DNA from: Aulosira sp. ZfuVER01
GTDB taxonomy: Bacteria > Cyanobacteriota > Cyanobacteriia > Cyanobacteriales > Nostocaceae
Direction of reading: 5' to 3'
DNA: 64,000 bases
NCBI GenBank assembly: GCA_034530615.2
Contig: JAVRCV020000073.1
Coordinates: forward strand, 128,001-192,000
The translations under genes and the position numbers were made by a program. Below are positions 49,703 through 60,067 of this stretch, one piece after another. The notes below the pieces were generated by a model. That model was given only the letters and a program-made list of their open reading frames with translations. It had not been told where the DNA came from and did not search any database. Within the stretch, counting starts at the first letter, position 1, and every line of letters begins with the position of its first letter.

Positions 49703-50461
49703 ATGTCTGAAGCTCATAGCTCGATGTTAAAACCAGTTAAAGACCCTTCTACTGAATTGGCAATGGCCTTATTAACTCACTATAGCTTTGACCTCAGTGG
49801 TTATAGTGCCAGTGAGTTAATTAGACGTTGGAAAAACCAATATCCAATTGAATGGCTACACATTGCAGTGATCGAAGCATTGTATCAAGGTCGCTATAAA
49901 GCAGTTTCCGTACAGCAAATTTTAAATTTCTGGCATCGGCGGGGTCAGGCTACCTACCATTTCAATATGGAATTTGAACGCCTAATTTGTAGCAAATTCC
50001 CTGAAAGTTTAACGTCAATCCCGACACCAGTTTTATATCCAGCTAAGAAAATCGCCACTCCTGTTGAGAAAACTAATTATCATTTAGCTTCCTCATCTGC
50101 GAACGCTGAACCATCAACAACTAAGGCGGATCGTGGCTATAGCCAAAAACAGCTTCCGCCATTAAAAGTGGTGCGGGAAACAGAAAGGCCCCTTGCCAAC
50201 GAAGATACAGAAGAAGTTGCAACTTCTTCTACACCTAGCGTTTCCCATGCTGACATAACTCCAGTTGACTCTGAACAACCCAACCTCAAACCAGAAAATA
50301 GCCTTCAGGCTCATTCCCCAGCATATCCAGCTAGTAATAGACCACAGCGACTACTACCAGTTGGTGTCAATCATCGGGCAATTGGGCAATTTACTCCCGA
50401 AAAGAGCGATCGCACCGAATCATTCGCATCAAAACTTAAAGCAATGTCGTCTGGTGGATAA
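49703..50461 (+). CDS. hypothetical protein
   Basis: ordered N-terminal domain (AVIEALYQGRYKAVSV) with a low-complexity tail. Confidence 0.8.
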   Translation: MSEAHSSMLKPVKDPSTELAMALLTHYSFDLSGYSASELIRRWKNQYPIEWLHIAVIEALYQGRYKAVSVQQILNFWHRRGQATYHFNMEFERLICSKFPESLTSIPTPVLYPAKKIATPVEKTNYHLASSSANAEPSTTKADRGYSQKQLPPLKVVRETERPLANEDTEEVATSSTPSVSHADITPVDSEQPNLKPENSLQAHSPAYPASNRPQRLLPVGVNHRAIGQFTPEKSDRTESFASKLKAMSSGG

Positions 50462-50541
50462 ATGCTGAGAAAAAACTGTACACGAGAAAAATTGATATTT
50501 CTAAGGCAAAGGGCAGATGGCAGATGGCACAAGGTATTCTA

Positions 50542-50641
50542 ATAGCAATTTGAAAAAAGAATGCGACAAATGGTTAGGGGCACAACAATGTTATGCCCTT
50601 ACGAATCATTTATATATCGCCAACATTATTTGAATCGGTAG
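50542..50641. mobile_element. MITE-like element, degenerate copy of 25575-25674
   Basis: ATAGCAATTTGAAAAAAGAATG...TAGGGGCACAACAATGTTATGCCC...CATTATTTGAATCGGTA. Confidence 0.7.
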
Positions 50642-50744
50642 AATTTGAATTAGCTGCATCTACTTACATATTTTTAAACTAGATTTTTAAATTATTTACT
50701 TTGGATTGTGGTTAATTTTTCAAATATGATATTAATAGTCTCTC

Positions 50745-50847
50745 ATACCAATTCACAAAAAATATGATACACATGCAAACCATAAAACCTATGCTAATTC
50801 TCACTTTCTTAATTTTGAATTTTGAATTTTGAATTTTGAATTGGTAT
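50745..50847. mobile_element. MITE-like element with the same TIR and an internal (TTTTGAA)n array
   Basis: ATACCAATTCA...TGAATTGGTAT, 103 bp. Confidence 0.65.
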
Positions 50848-50910
50848 CACTCATTGCCTCAAAGTGCGATCGCCTAGCTGTTAAGCATCGCCCTCCAACC
50901 AAAAGATAAA

Positions 50911-52170
50911 TTACGAATTATTAAAAACTTTCCACTTCCGTGGTTGATAAAATAACGAACGGCTAGTAATCTTGCTGGCTTTAACAGTAAATCGGAAAGA
51001 TTCAACTATATCAAAAGAACACACACCTTCTTTGATATATATTTTGGCGCTGTATAAACCGGGTAATAAGCAAAAGTAAGGCATCTGCATTTGAATTTCA
51101 ACTCTTCCCGGAAGTATTTTTAGGGGTTCATTATCACTAGCGGAAGTTATATACAAAATTCGCTCATTTTGTCCTGATAAAGCTGTAATAGATACACCTA
51201 AATTAGCATTTTCAACTTTTTTATAGGCTTTACATTCTACGCATAAATAAGCTAATTCCCCACAAAGAGGAGCCGCAAGTATATTTCCTTGCACATCCTT
51301 AAAACTGAGAGAAACAATATCTACACCTAAGCTTTCACTCTCTGGCTTCTCAGGTAACAACATCATTCCTAAATATGTTTCTGTACCACCTAAACTTAAG
51401 TCTTCTTCGTATTGACGAATTACTGCTTCTGTATCGCCATATTTAATCAATTCACCTTTGGCAAGATAAAGAGAATTTTCACAGACATTTAAGACAACAT
51501 GGGGATTATGCGAAACTAAAATAAAAGCTGTACCAGCTTCTCTCAGTTTTGCTAGTTTCTGATAACATTTGACTCTAAAATTGATATCGCCTACAGCCAG
51601 AACTTCATCAATTAGTAAAACATCGGGTTCTATGTGAACTGCACAAGCAAAACCCAATCTAGCCGCCATCCCAGAACTATAAGTCTGTACAGGTGCATCA
51701 ATCGCATCTGCAATACCAGCAAAATCTATGACATCTGGAAATTTATCTTCTATTTCTTTAGTAGATAAACCTAAAATTGACATATTTGCATAGATATTTT
51801 CTCGCCCTGTAAGAATCGGATTAAACCCTGCTCCCAAAGCAATTAATGGCGCTAATTTTCCTCTCACTTTCACACAGCCAGTATCAGGATTAATCAATCC
51901 ACTAATAATACGTAGTAGTGTACTTTTCCCGGCTCCATTTTCTCCGACTAATCCTACAGCTTCTCCCCGTCGCAGTTGAAAGCTCACATCTTTTAGCGCC
52001 CAAAATTCTTGGGGACGGAGATTTTCACTTTTTCTATTTCCAGCAATTAGTTCTTGATAAATATCTTGAACACCATAGAATAAAGACTGTTTCAAGTTGC
52101 GACAAAACTTCTTAGAAACTTTGTCAACTGAAATTAGTAGTTCAGAATTATCTCGGAAATTCATCATCAT
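50911..52170 (-). CDS. wzt: polysaccharide ABC exporter ATP-binding subunit (Wzt) with C-terminal domain
   Basis: FWALKDVSF, GENGAGKST, YSSGMAARLGF, IDEVLAVGD. Confidence 0.9.
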   Translation of the reverse strand: MMMNFRDNSELLISVDKVSKKFCRNLKQSLFYGVQDIYQELIAGNRKSENLRPQEFWALKDVSFQLRRGEAVGLVGENGAGKSTLLRIISGLINPDTGCVKVRGKLAPLIALGAGFNPILTGRENIYANMSILGLSTKEIEDKFPDVIDFAGIADAIDAPVQTYSSGMAARLGFACAVHIEPDVLLIDEVLAVGDINFRVKCYQKLAKLREAGTAFILVSHNPHVVLNVCENSLYLAKGELIKYGDTEAVIRQYEEDLSLGGTETYLGMMLLPEKPESESLGVDIVSLSFKDVQGNILAAPLCGELAYLCVECKAYKKVENANLGVSITALSGQNERILYITSASDNEPLKILPGRVEIQMQMPYFCLLPGLYSAKIYIKEGVCSFDIVESFRFTVKASKITSRSLFYQPRKWKVFNNS

Positions 52171-53042
52171 TAAGAACTAACTCTTTCAACCACAAAAGGC
52201 ATAGCTAAACGAAAAGCAACCCAGGTTATTATCAAGCCTACTAAGGTAATTGCACTTACCAACCAAAAACGATAAGAGTCTGAGATTACTCCTATTGTTG
52301 CTAACTCTCGCGCTGTTACTAGTAAAGGAGTGACGGGATTAAGCTGTACTAAAAATCCAAAAATTCCTTGTTTTGGTACTGGATAAACTACAGGAGTTAA
52401 GAATAGCCAAAAGCCTGTAATTAAATTTAAACCTCTTGAGATATCTTGATATAGTACTCCTAATGGTGCTAATAAAATTCCAAAAAATATTCCCAATAAA
52501 ACTAAATTAATGATTGCTACTGGTGCAAGAATGACTGTCCAAGTTACAGAGATATGAAACCAAAAGAAAAATGCCACTATTAAGATTAGCTTGATGGCAA
52601 AGTTAAAAAACACTTCGCCTATTTTTGCTAAAATCAGTGCTTCTCTGGGAAAGTTGACTCTTGCCAACATTGGTTTTGCTAAAATCACAGCTTGTATTGG
52701 CCCATTTAAAGCTTCAACAAATGTTTGCCATAATGCGGTGCTGAACATCACATAAGCTGGATAAGGTAAATCTGTAGCCTGAATATTAATGACATTGGCA
52801 TCATGAGCCAGAGTAAATCCCAATGCCATAATAATTGGGGGTAAAAAAGCCCAAGCTATTCCTAAAAAAGATTGACGATACTGTGCGCTAATATCCCGTA
52901 TCATTAGCCGCCAAGCAAGTTCCCGAGAAGCTAGCAAGTCTCGCCACATTTGTTTACCCAATTTTAGGGGATGTCTCAATCTGCTTTCGGGTGTATAAAT
53001 AACTTCCGGTAGCTGAGAATTTAAACGCTGATGCTGCTTCAT
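52170..53042 (-). CDS. wzm: polysaccharide ABC exporter permease (Wzm)
   Basis: RDISAQYRQSFLGIAW, FLTPVVYP, LNPVT. Confidence 0.9.
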   Translation of the reverse strand: MKQHQRLNSQLPEVIYTPESRLRHPLKLGKQMWRDLLASRELAWRLMIRDISAQYRQSFLGIAWAFLPPIIMALGFTLAHDANVINIQATDLPYPAYVMFSTALWQTFVEALNGPIQAVILAKPMLARVNFPREALILAKIGEVFFNFAIKLILIVAFFFWFHISVTWTVILAPVAIINLVLLGIFFGILLAPLGVLYQDISRGLNLITGFWLFLTPVVYPVPKQGIFGFLVQLNPVTPLLVTARELATIGVISDSYRFWLVSAITLVGLIITWVAFRLAMPFVVERVSS

Positions 53043-53306
53043 TATTTCTCACCGTTACGTTCAGACAGATCCGAAGTATAAATACTTAAGTATGGCGTAC
53101 TTTAGTTTGAAGATGTGGGCATCAACTAGTTTATAAGCTCTGAGGGTTTGACGGCCTAACTGACCGCGTTCTTCAAATTCAACGTAGCGTTGAGATTAGT
53201 TTCGGAAAGATAATGACTGATTTAATACATACGCATCATTTATGGCATTATAAAATCCGAAGGTAAACAAACCTGTATTTAAAGCAATATGAAATGAGGT
53301 AGTGGT

Positions 53307-53921
53307 GTGAATACATTTCTGTCTGTTGTGGCTGTATTCCTTTCGACGGTGGCTTTAATATGTGGTGGCTATGCAGCTTACGAAGTTTTCACACTGCGAC
53401 AGACGCTAAATACCACTAACACTAGTACGCAAAGTAATACTACTACTGCGCCAATATCTACCACACAATCAAATCCCCCAGAACCAACAGCATCGCCAGA
53501 AACAACACCATCACCAGTCGCTACCGCCACAAATGCAATTCAGCCTGGCCAATTTGTGCAACCCGCGTTTGGTAATAAGGCAGAAGTTGAGTTACTTTCA
53601 GCAAAACGGATTAAAGATCCCCAAACCGGAAACCGTGATGTGGTAAATGTGCAGATGCGAATCCGTCGCCAAGCTACAGATGGAGTTGGCGGTGGCGATA
53701 TTATATCCGTTTCTAGTACGACAGCTCGTAATCCTGAAACCAGTGAAACCTACAAAGCAATTGCTTTAAATCGCTCAACAGGAAGTGTTTCTTTGGCACA
53801 GCTACGTCCAAAGGCGTCAGCTGATGCGTATGTGTGGATAAGGGTTCCTGATGGTGTCAAGAACTTGGACATTTTTGTACCAGATACAGCTGCGTTTAAA
53901 AATGTACCAATTTCTAACTAA
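53307..53921 (+). CDS. membrane-anchored hypothetical protein
   Basis: N-terminal TM, Thr/Pro linker, beta-rich C-domain; GAGG RBS. Confidence 0.8.
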   Translation: MNTFLSVVAVFLSTVALICGGYAAYEVFTLRQTLNTTNTSTQSNTTTAPISTTQSNPPEPTASPETTPSPVATATNAIQPGQFVQPAFGNKAEVELLSAKRIKDPQTGNRDVVNVQMRIRRQATDGVGGGDIISVSSTTARNPETSETYKAIALNRSTGSVSLAQLRPKASADAYVWIRVPDGVKNLDIFVPDTAAFKNVPISN

Positions 53922-53954
53922 ACTTCTACTTAGATAATAGTGCGATCGCACATT

Positions 53955-54929
53955 TCACACACTTGTTATCAAGCGGTTAAATACCCTATCCATCAGACGC
54001 AGAATTTTACTCACCACCCGAAAGCCAAAGTTCCCAATAGACATTTTTCTGGCAAACGGGTGAATAATTGTCATGTGTCGTCTTGAACCTAAGCGTTTGT
54101 ATCTATTTTGGAAATACTCATCTTCGGTAAGGTTCCACTTTTGGCGTAAGTGTTTCAGGCTTGATAATTCCCAGCGATCGCTCCACCGCAGCATATAGTA
54201 ATGTAAATCTGTCCACTCTAGCGGTGGCCCTGGTACATAAGTGATGACAGATTCCGGTTCGAGGTAAATTGTACCGCCAGCCTCAGCTACCAACATACAC
54301 AAATCGACGTGTTCTTTCGTAGAAAGCAGCGCTTCATCCAAAAAGCCAATTTGCTGAAATATCTCTGTGCGTACCAACATACAGTGAAATTCTGCTAACC
54401 TCGTTTTCTGCTGTTGTAATTGGGGTTTGACATCTGCTACCCGCCGACCTTGATAATATATCTTCTCAATAATTCGCCGTCTGTGCGTTTCTACCTTAAC
54501 TCCCGTTTCGCCTCCCGCACAATGTACTTCTTGATGCAGAGGTGTACCTTGACACAGAAGAGGACTCACTACAGTTGCTTGTGTTGTTTGCGCACAGTCT
54601 ACCAATGAATTGAGCCAACCTGGTGTCACAACTACGTCGTTATCTAGGAAAATTACATATTGGCTGCTAACTTGTTTCAGTCCGATATTTCTAGCGCAGT
54701 TTGGCGACAAGTATTTGTCGCTGCGAATTAATTGAAATTGCTTTTGTTCGGCTTGTTCTCTTAAATAGTCTCTGATATGAGGCGGCGAATTGCCATCTAC
54801 ATAAATTAAATTAAATGGATAATTTGTATGCTCGTAGATGCTTTCTAAAGATTCGCAAGTATAGCTAAAACGCTCTCGTGGCACAACCACTATTGTTACT
54901 TTGGAGTCTGCAATCGCTGATAAGTTCAT
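53955..54929 (-). CDS. glycosyltransferase family 2
   Basis: VTIVVVPR, YVDGNS, ARNIG, FLDND. Confidence 0.9.
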   Translation of the reverse strand: MNLSAIADSKVTIVVVPRERFSYTCESLESIYEHTNYPFNLIYVDGNSPPHIRDYLREQAEQKQFQLIRSDKYLSPNCARNIGLKQVSSQYVIFLDNDVVVTPGWLNSLVDCAQTTQATVVSPLLCQGTPLHQEVHCAGGETGVKVETHRRRIIEKIYYQGRRVADVKPQLQQQKTRLAEFHCMLVRTEIFQQIGFLDEALLSTKEHVDLCMLVAEAGGTIYLEPESVITYVPGPPLEWTDLHYYMLRWSDRWELSSLKHLRQKWNLTEDEYFQNRYKRLGSRRHMTIIHPFARKMSIGNFGFRVVSKILRLMDRVFNRLITSV

Positions 54930-54936
54930 CTCTCTC

Positions 54937-56232
54937 TTAATATCCTTGAGAATTCAACTTTCCTGTTACAGCTAAAGCTGGTTCTGTTACTGGCAAATTA
55001 TTAGTACTTACTCGTTGATAAATTTGGATTAATTCATCATTCAGTTTATTGATATTGTAGTTTGCTTCGACATAAGCACGCCCTGCTTTACCCATCTTTG
55101 ACCACATTTGTGGATGCTCTATTAAATAAGTTATTTTCTCTGCCATTGCTGGTATATCTCGTTCGGGAACAAGAAAACCAGAAATTCCATCTTCTACCAG
55201 TTCAGGAATACCGCCATGTACAGTACTGATGACTGGTAAACCCATAGCCATTGCTTCTTTTAAAGTATTAACGGGAGCATCTATATTCCCATCTTTTGTT
55301 GTGACGTTAGGAGCAATAAAAATCTGAGATTTTTTGAGAATTTCAATGATTTCTGGCTGATTTCTCCACCCCAGCAGTTTGATTTGCTCAGCAACGTTTA
55401 AGTTTTTAATTAATTGTTGTAACTCTGCTTTTAAATGCCCATCTCCAATGATATTGTATTCGATATTGGGATAACTTTTAACTACCTCAGCAACGGCACG
55501 AATACTGTATTCTATGCCTTTCTTTTCAATTAAGCGGCAAGTTGTAGCAAGGTAAATTTTATCGTTTTCACCCGGAGATAGCCTGCATTTAAATTGAAAC
55601 TGGTTGCAATCTATTCCTGAACCATGTACAACAATTTTTTGGCGATCGCAGCCTAGTTGAATAGCTTTTTGTTGAAAGTATTGACAATTTGCTAAGAAGA
55701 AATCACCTTTCTTAAAGAGTTCGTCATAAATATGTTCTCCATATTCATGCACAAACCAAGTAATATCGTAGCCCCGAAACGAAGTAATCAACTTTCCTTT
55801 AATCGCACCGATATCACGCAAAATCATCGCCTCGCGGGCAAATGTCCCAAACTGGCAATGAATGATATCGTAGGAATTAGATTTTAATAAGGGTATGACT
55901 GAGTAAAATAATCTTAAAGAAGATGCCCATCTGCCATATTTGAAAAAATTTAGCGATCGCAGTAAGACTAAAGGATTTTTCCGAAAATTTGTAATTAGTA
56001 GTTTTATCGCTTTTAGCAGACGCAAAAAGTGATTTGGAGGTATATGCGGTTGATAAAAAGTCTGATTTAACAACTGATACTTCTTGACATTTGGATGTAC
56101 TTTAGAAGTATTTCCGGGTTGAAAGGCGTATATATCGACTTTATGCCCCCGGTCGATTGCACCTATAATTTGATTAACAATAAATGTTTCTGATAATACG
56201 GGAAAATACCCAACTATAACGGCTATTTTCAT
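54937..56232 (-). CDS. glycosyltransferase family 4 (WcaL-like)
   Basis: FPVLSETFI, HCQFG, RLIEKKG, EAMAMGLPV, HGGIPEL. Confidence 0.9.
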   Translation of the reverse strand: MKIAVIVGYFPVLSETFIVNQIIGAIDRGHKVDIYAFQPGNTSKVHPNVKKYQLLNQTFYQPHIPPNHFLRLLKAIKLLITNFRKNPLVLLRSLNFFKYGRWASSLRLFYSVIPLLKSNSYDIIHCQFGTFAREAMILRDIGAIKGKLITSFRGYDITWFVHEYGEHIYDELFKKGDFFLANCQYFQQKAIQLGCDRQKIVVHGSGIDCNQFQFKCRLSPGENDKIYLATTCRLIEKKGIEYSIRAVAEVVKSYPNIEYNIIGDGHLKAELQQLIKNLNVAEQIKLLGWRNQPEIIEILKKSQIFIAPNVTTKDGNIDAPVNTLKEAMAMGLPVISTVHGGIPELVEDGISGFLVPERDIPAMAEKITYLIEHPQMWSKMGKAGRAYVEANYNINKLNDELIQIYQRVSTNNLPVTEPALAVTGKLNSQGY

Positions 56233-56403
56233 TGCTTAAGTGTAAGGTTGGCATCACCCACCCTACTCCTCTTTGTTTACTTGCAATGAATTGTAATATA
56301 TATTTTTACCTTATTCAATTAGAAATTTTTTAGATTAATTTTGGCATTTTGACAATAGTATTTGCGCAAAGAATGTTGTATTAAAAAGTCTAGTTGTTGA
56401 TTG

Positions 56404-58725
56404 TTAAGAAGTCCGATTTTGCAGTTGGAATTTAGCACCGCTTAATTGAGTTTCAAAGCGGGTATAAACTATTTGAGTAGGATACCAAGTAGAAAACCAA
56501 TACATATCTTGAATAACTTTGCGATCGCTATTGTCATCTATCTCAAACTGAACTAAAGCTAAATTATTTAATCCGATCACTTCTCGTCCATCTTGTAACC
56601 AGGGTAATTTCCAAAAAGTTAAATACTGCAACCATCTCCATTTGTGGTTTTTTGCTTGTTGTCTAGAATTCATCAGCCATGAAACATCATTGCCAAAATC
56701 AGCAGTCTGTGTGCTGGTTCGCGGAATCCATTCCATGACACCATGCCATTCCGGCTGCTGGGGTGAGAGATGGCGGCGGGATTTTCTGCCAGACATTTCT
56801 ACCATATAAGGTGGATTTGACCATCCTATCCAATGTCGGCTTTTTTCTGGTAAAAGCCATTGTTTGAGTCTTGTATGAATGATGCGAGTAATAGTCTCTT
56901 CATTTTTCCAGGGGCTAGCAGTTAGCTGCACTAAAACAGAATTTGTTTGAGAACCTAGAGAATTTCTCGTATAAGATAATCTGACAACTGAACTGTAGTG
57001 AATATCCCCAGATAAAACAATCACTTGTTGGCGTTGCTCAAATAAAGTTGTGAGAAATTTTGCCAATGCTTCGTAATTAATGTTCCAAGCATCTCCCACA
57101 TCTACGCCATAGACTTTTTCTCTTTGTAAATGCCACTGGTGAATCCAATCAATTACTTTTAAACCAAATAGATTTGTCGGTGCAACTACAAATGTGGCTT
57201 GTAATTGCGATCGCCCTTTGGGTTTATGTGTTGCTTGTTCTAGAGGCTGGGAAAGCTGCTGCTTAAATGCTAGAGGAGATAGCAGCATTGGCGGCGCAAT
57301 TGGTTTTTGATCGGCAGGATAACCCCGCGATGTGCGTGTATCTAAAACAATCACTTCATGGCAAAAACTCCGCACTGTGTAATGCCAGGTAAGTGCTTCT
57401 GGATCTCGATCTAGTACTAGTACTGATTTATATTGAATAAACTCTGGCAAGCCTGTACTGGGGTTTATTGGTGGCATTCCTAAGTAACGGGCGATCGCAT
57501 CCCCAGCCGCAGCATTCATTCCACCAGAAGCAGACCAATCCTCCGCTGCTTGCAATAATTTTTCCCCAGGTTGACCAGATGTAAATTGCTTGGGTGTATT
57601 GCCCCAAGCTTGAAACACTGCATAAGCTAACAGCGCATTTTGAACGGTTCTGCGCCCCAAAGGTCGTCCTAATACGCGCAAACACCAAGCTTGGTTGAGG
57701 TTCCAGTCATCGCTAACATCATGGTCATCGAAGATACTATACATGGGAATATTTGCTAAGGCACGCCGCACTTTCCAGAGGGTATGGAGAAACTGCTGCA
57801 TATCCCGAACTTCTTTGTCCCAGCATCGGCTGACTCGATAACCATCCATCACCTCCCGTCCCTTAGGTAAGCTTGTCGGCCAGCAGACTGGAGACCAAGA
57901 TAACAGGTAAGATGCGTAATACTCACCCAAACTCAGCAGGTGACTGTTCACCTTGGCAGTTTTATTGTGTAATCCGGCGGTGAAACCAGCTTGGTTAGTT
58001 GCTACCTCTGCCCGATATCCAGGAGGTAGTTGCTTTGGCGTGTAATAACCGACATCACAAGGTAGTCGTTCTTCCCAACCCAGCAAAGCATCCCCCAACT
58101 GACTGGAAACCCACAACAGCGGATCGGCAACATCATCTCCATAAATCTGATCGCCTGTAAGGAAAAGTTGATGGGGTCTTTTTCGCGGCTGGTTCGCTGC
58201 TTCCTCAATCAAGCAATCAAGAATTGGCAGGGTATCGAATCCATCGCCGTGGGGTTTGCGGCAGGAACCATGCACAATTCGCAAATCTTGTAAATCAGTT
58301 GGTGGCAGGACAAATGTTGGGTGTTGATGGGCAAAATAACTGATGTTGGGAGTGGGAAAGCTGTTAGAACATAAGGCTTGCAGCAGTGTTTGCTGATTTT
58401 GGGAAGAATGCTCAATAAATTCCAGGTCGTATGCATATATGCGATCGCTACTCAACAAATACCCATCCGCAGATTCAGCAGTTACCACCACAATATGCAG
58501 CGATTGTCCTAACGCAAAGGTAGAACGTCTGCCCTCCAGTAAACAATTTGTCAGTAACGTACCTTGATTAGCTGTTTCATAAACTCGAAGTCGCACTTCA
58601 CATGGACGCTTGAGTGCCACCCAAACTGTTACAGATTCCGATTGTGTCTGTTGTAAGATTGGCCCCGCTAAAATCAGCGGCAATTCCTGTAAAAATTCTT
58701 CTCCAAATGCGTACTTCATTGCCAA
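56404..58725 (-). CDS. PhoD-like metallophosphatase
   Basis: GSCRKPH, LTGDQIYGDD, IFDDHDVSDDW, LDTR, LSGDIH. Confidence 0.88.
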   Translation of the reverse strand: MAMKYAFGEEFLQELPLILAGPILQQTQSESVTVWVALKRPCEVRLRVYETANQGTLLTNCLLEGRRSTFALGQSLHIVVVTAESADGYLLSSDRIYAYDLEFIEHSSQNQQTLLQALCSNSFPTPNISYFAHQHPTFVLPPTDLQDLRIVHGSCRKPHGDGFDTLPILDCLIEEAANQPRKRPHQLFLTGDQIYGDDVADPLLWVSSQLGDALLGWEERLPCDVGYYTPKQLPPGYRAEVATNQAGFTAGLHNKTAKVNSHLLSLGEYYASYLLSWSPVCWPTSLPKGREVMDGYRVSRCWDKEVRDMQQFLHTLWKVRRALANIPMYSIFDDHDVSDDWNLNQAWCLRVLGRPLGRRTVQNALLAYAVFQAWGNTPKQFTSGQPGEKLLQAAEDWSASGGMNAAAGDAIARYLGMPPINPSTGLPEFIQYKSVLVLDRDPEALTWHYTVRSFCHEVIVLDTRTSRGYPADQKPIAPPMLLSPLAFKQQLSQPLEQATHKPKGRSQLQATFVVAPTNLFGLKVIDWIHQWHLQREKVYGVDVGDAWNINYEALAKFLTTLFEQRQQVIVLSGDIHYSSVVRLSYTRNSLGSQTNSVLVQLTASPWKNEETITRIIHTRLKQWLLPEKSRHWIGWSNPPYMVEMSGRKSRRHLSPQQPEWHGVMEWIPRTSTQTADFGNDVSWLMNSRQQAKNHKWRWLQYLTFWKLPWLQDGREVIGLNNLALVQFEIDDNSDRKVIQDMYWFSTWYPTQIVYTRFETQLSGAKFQLQNRTS

Positions 58726-58803
58726 CTGTACAAGCCTTCTGTGAACTGTATTGCAATTATTATGTGTTTTTCTGTTGCAAGCTTGACAGCAAACCGCTTA
58801 TAT

Positions 58804-58817
58804 AGTACAAATATACT
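58804..58817. promoter_or_regulatory. LexA-box-like site
   Basis: AGTACAAATATACT; one mismatch from cyanobacterial AGTAC-N4-GTACT; upstream of the KTSC gene. Confidence 0.45.
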
Positions 58818-58899
58818 ATTAAGCGCTTTGATTTTGCATAAGAATTTAACACTCTCAGCTGAAAAATATCATCTCTACGCCAACAGGAGAGCAAACTAA

Positions 58900-59310
58900 A
58901 TGAAGTTATCTAAAATGGATTTGAGTAGCTTGATAGCGATCGCTCACTCTGACGGACATTTGCAGTTATTGCTCGATCGTGGCGATGAATTAGAATTTGT
59001 AGAAATCCCCGCACCTATCCAAGCGTATGAAGGATTGCGAGAACTTAACGAGATTATCTCTGAACCTGCGGCACTTCCTCCCCAAGAAGAACCAATTGCC
59101 CTATTACCAGTTAGCTCATCAATGGCTGCTAATATTGCGTACGACAGTGACGAGCAAACTTTACAGGTTGAGTTTCGCAGTGGCGCAGTTTATCAGTATT
59201 TTGGAGTAGATGAAGAAACTTGGGAAGATTTTTATTCTTCTGACTCCATAGGTAGTTTTTTTAATGAGCAAATTAAAGGTAGATTTGACTGCGAACAAAT
59301 TGGTTATTAG
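58900..59310 (+). CDS. KTSC domain protein
   Basis: VSSSMAANIAYD...LQVEFRSGAVYQY...SIGSFFN; AGGAG RBS. Confidence 0.88.
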   Translation: MKLSKMDLSSLIAIAHSDGHLQLLLDRGDELEFVEIPAPIQAYEGLRELNEIISEPAALPPQEEPIALLPVSSSMAANIAYDSDEQTLQVEFRSGAVYQYFGVDEETWEDFYSSDSIGSFFNEQIKGRFDCEQIGY

Positions 59311-59971
59311 TACTAGGAGTGGCAAGCTGGGCAACCATCTCAGCCCGAGAGGAAACCTCAAGCTTGCGAAACATTCGCTTTAGAGCTTGCTTGACAGAAT
59401 TTTCCGTAATCCAAAGTTCATTACCAATTTCTGCGTTTGTGTAACCTAACGCCACTAATTCCGCAATTTGCAATTCTCTAGGCGTTAAGCGATCGCTCTT
59501 TAAAAGTTTATCGCGCGATCGCACTGTCGCATTCCAAATAGATAGGTGCAAACAGAGGGCACTTAAATCTGCTAAATCCTGTGTAGCAAACGCAGTCATT
59601 GCTTGTTCGCGGGTGAAGCCGATTGCACCTACTAATTGTCCCTGACTGACAATCGGCCCTGCCATTACGTGCCAATGATCGGATCGGGGACAAATCATTT
59701 GCCAAACATTAGGTGATGTCACCAACGCTTCATGGACGGGAGCATGACGTTCCACTAAGTAACGCACAACAGGATTATGTTCGATTGATAATGCAGCTTG
59801 CAGTGTTTTCAGAAGCTTGCGATCCACAAAGGGAAGTTGATCGAAAAAGAAAACCCCCGATTTTTTAGCCCCAAAATACTCTCCGAGTTTCGGCACGACA
59901 TGCGATCGCAGTTCTTGTTCATCCTGCGCCTGGTTGATGGCTGCAAAAAGCAACTGCAAGGAATTTCTCAT
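59273..59971 (-). CDS. LuxR-family regulator with GAF-like sensor domain
   Basis: LTPRELQIAELVALGYTNAEIG...LEVSSR HTH. Confidence 0.9.
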   Translation of the reverse strand: MRNSLQLLFAAINQAQDEQELRSHVVPKLGEYFGAKKSGVFFFDQLPFVDRKLLKTLQAALSIEHNPVVRYLVERHAPVHEALVTSPNVWQMICPRSDHWHVMAGPIVSQGQLVGAIGFTREQAMTAFATQDLADLSALCLHLSIWNATVRSRDKLLKSDRLTPRELQIAELVALGYTNAEIGNELWITENSVKQALKRMFRKLEVSSRAEMVAQLATPSTNNQFVRSQIYL

Positions 59972-60067
59972 AGTTACCGTGTCGAAAACTGTACTCGATC
60001 GAGGACTGGGCCAAGCTAATACTCTCTCCTAATCTTAGCTTTAGTGCAAGTTACAGGAGAACACCCC

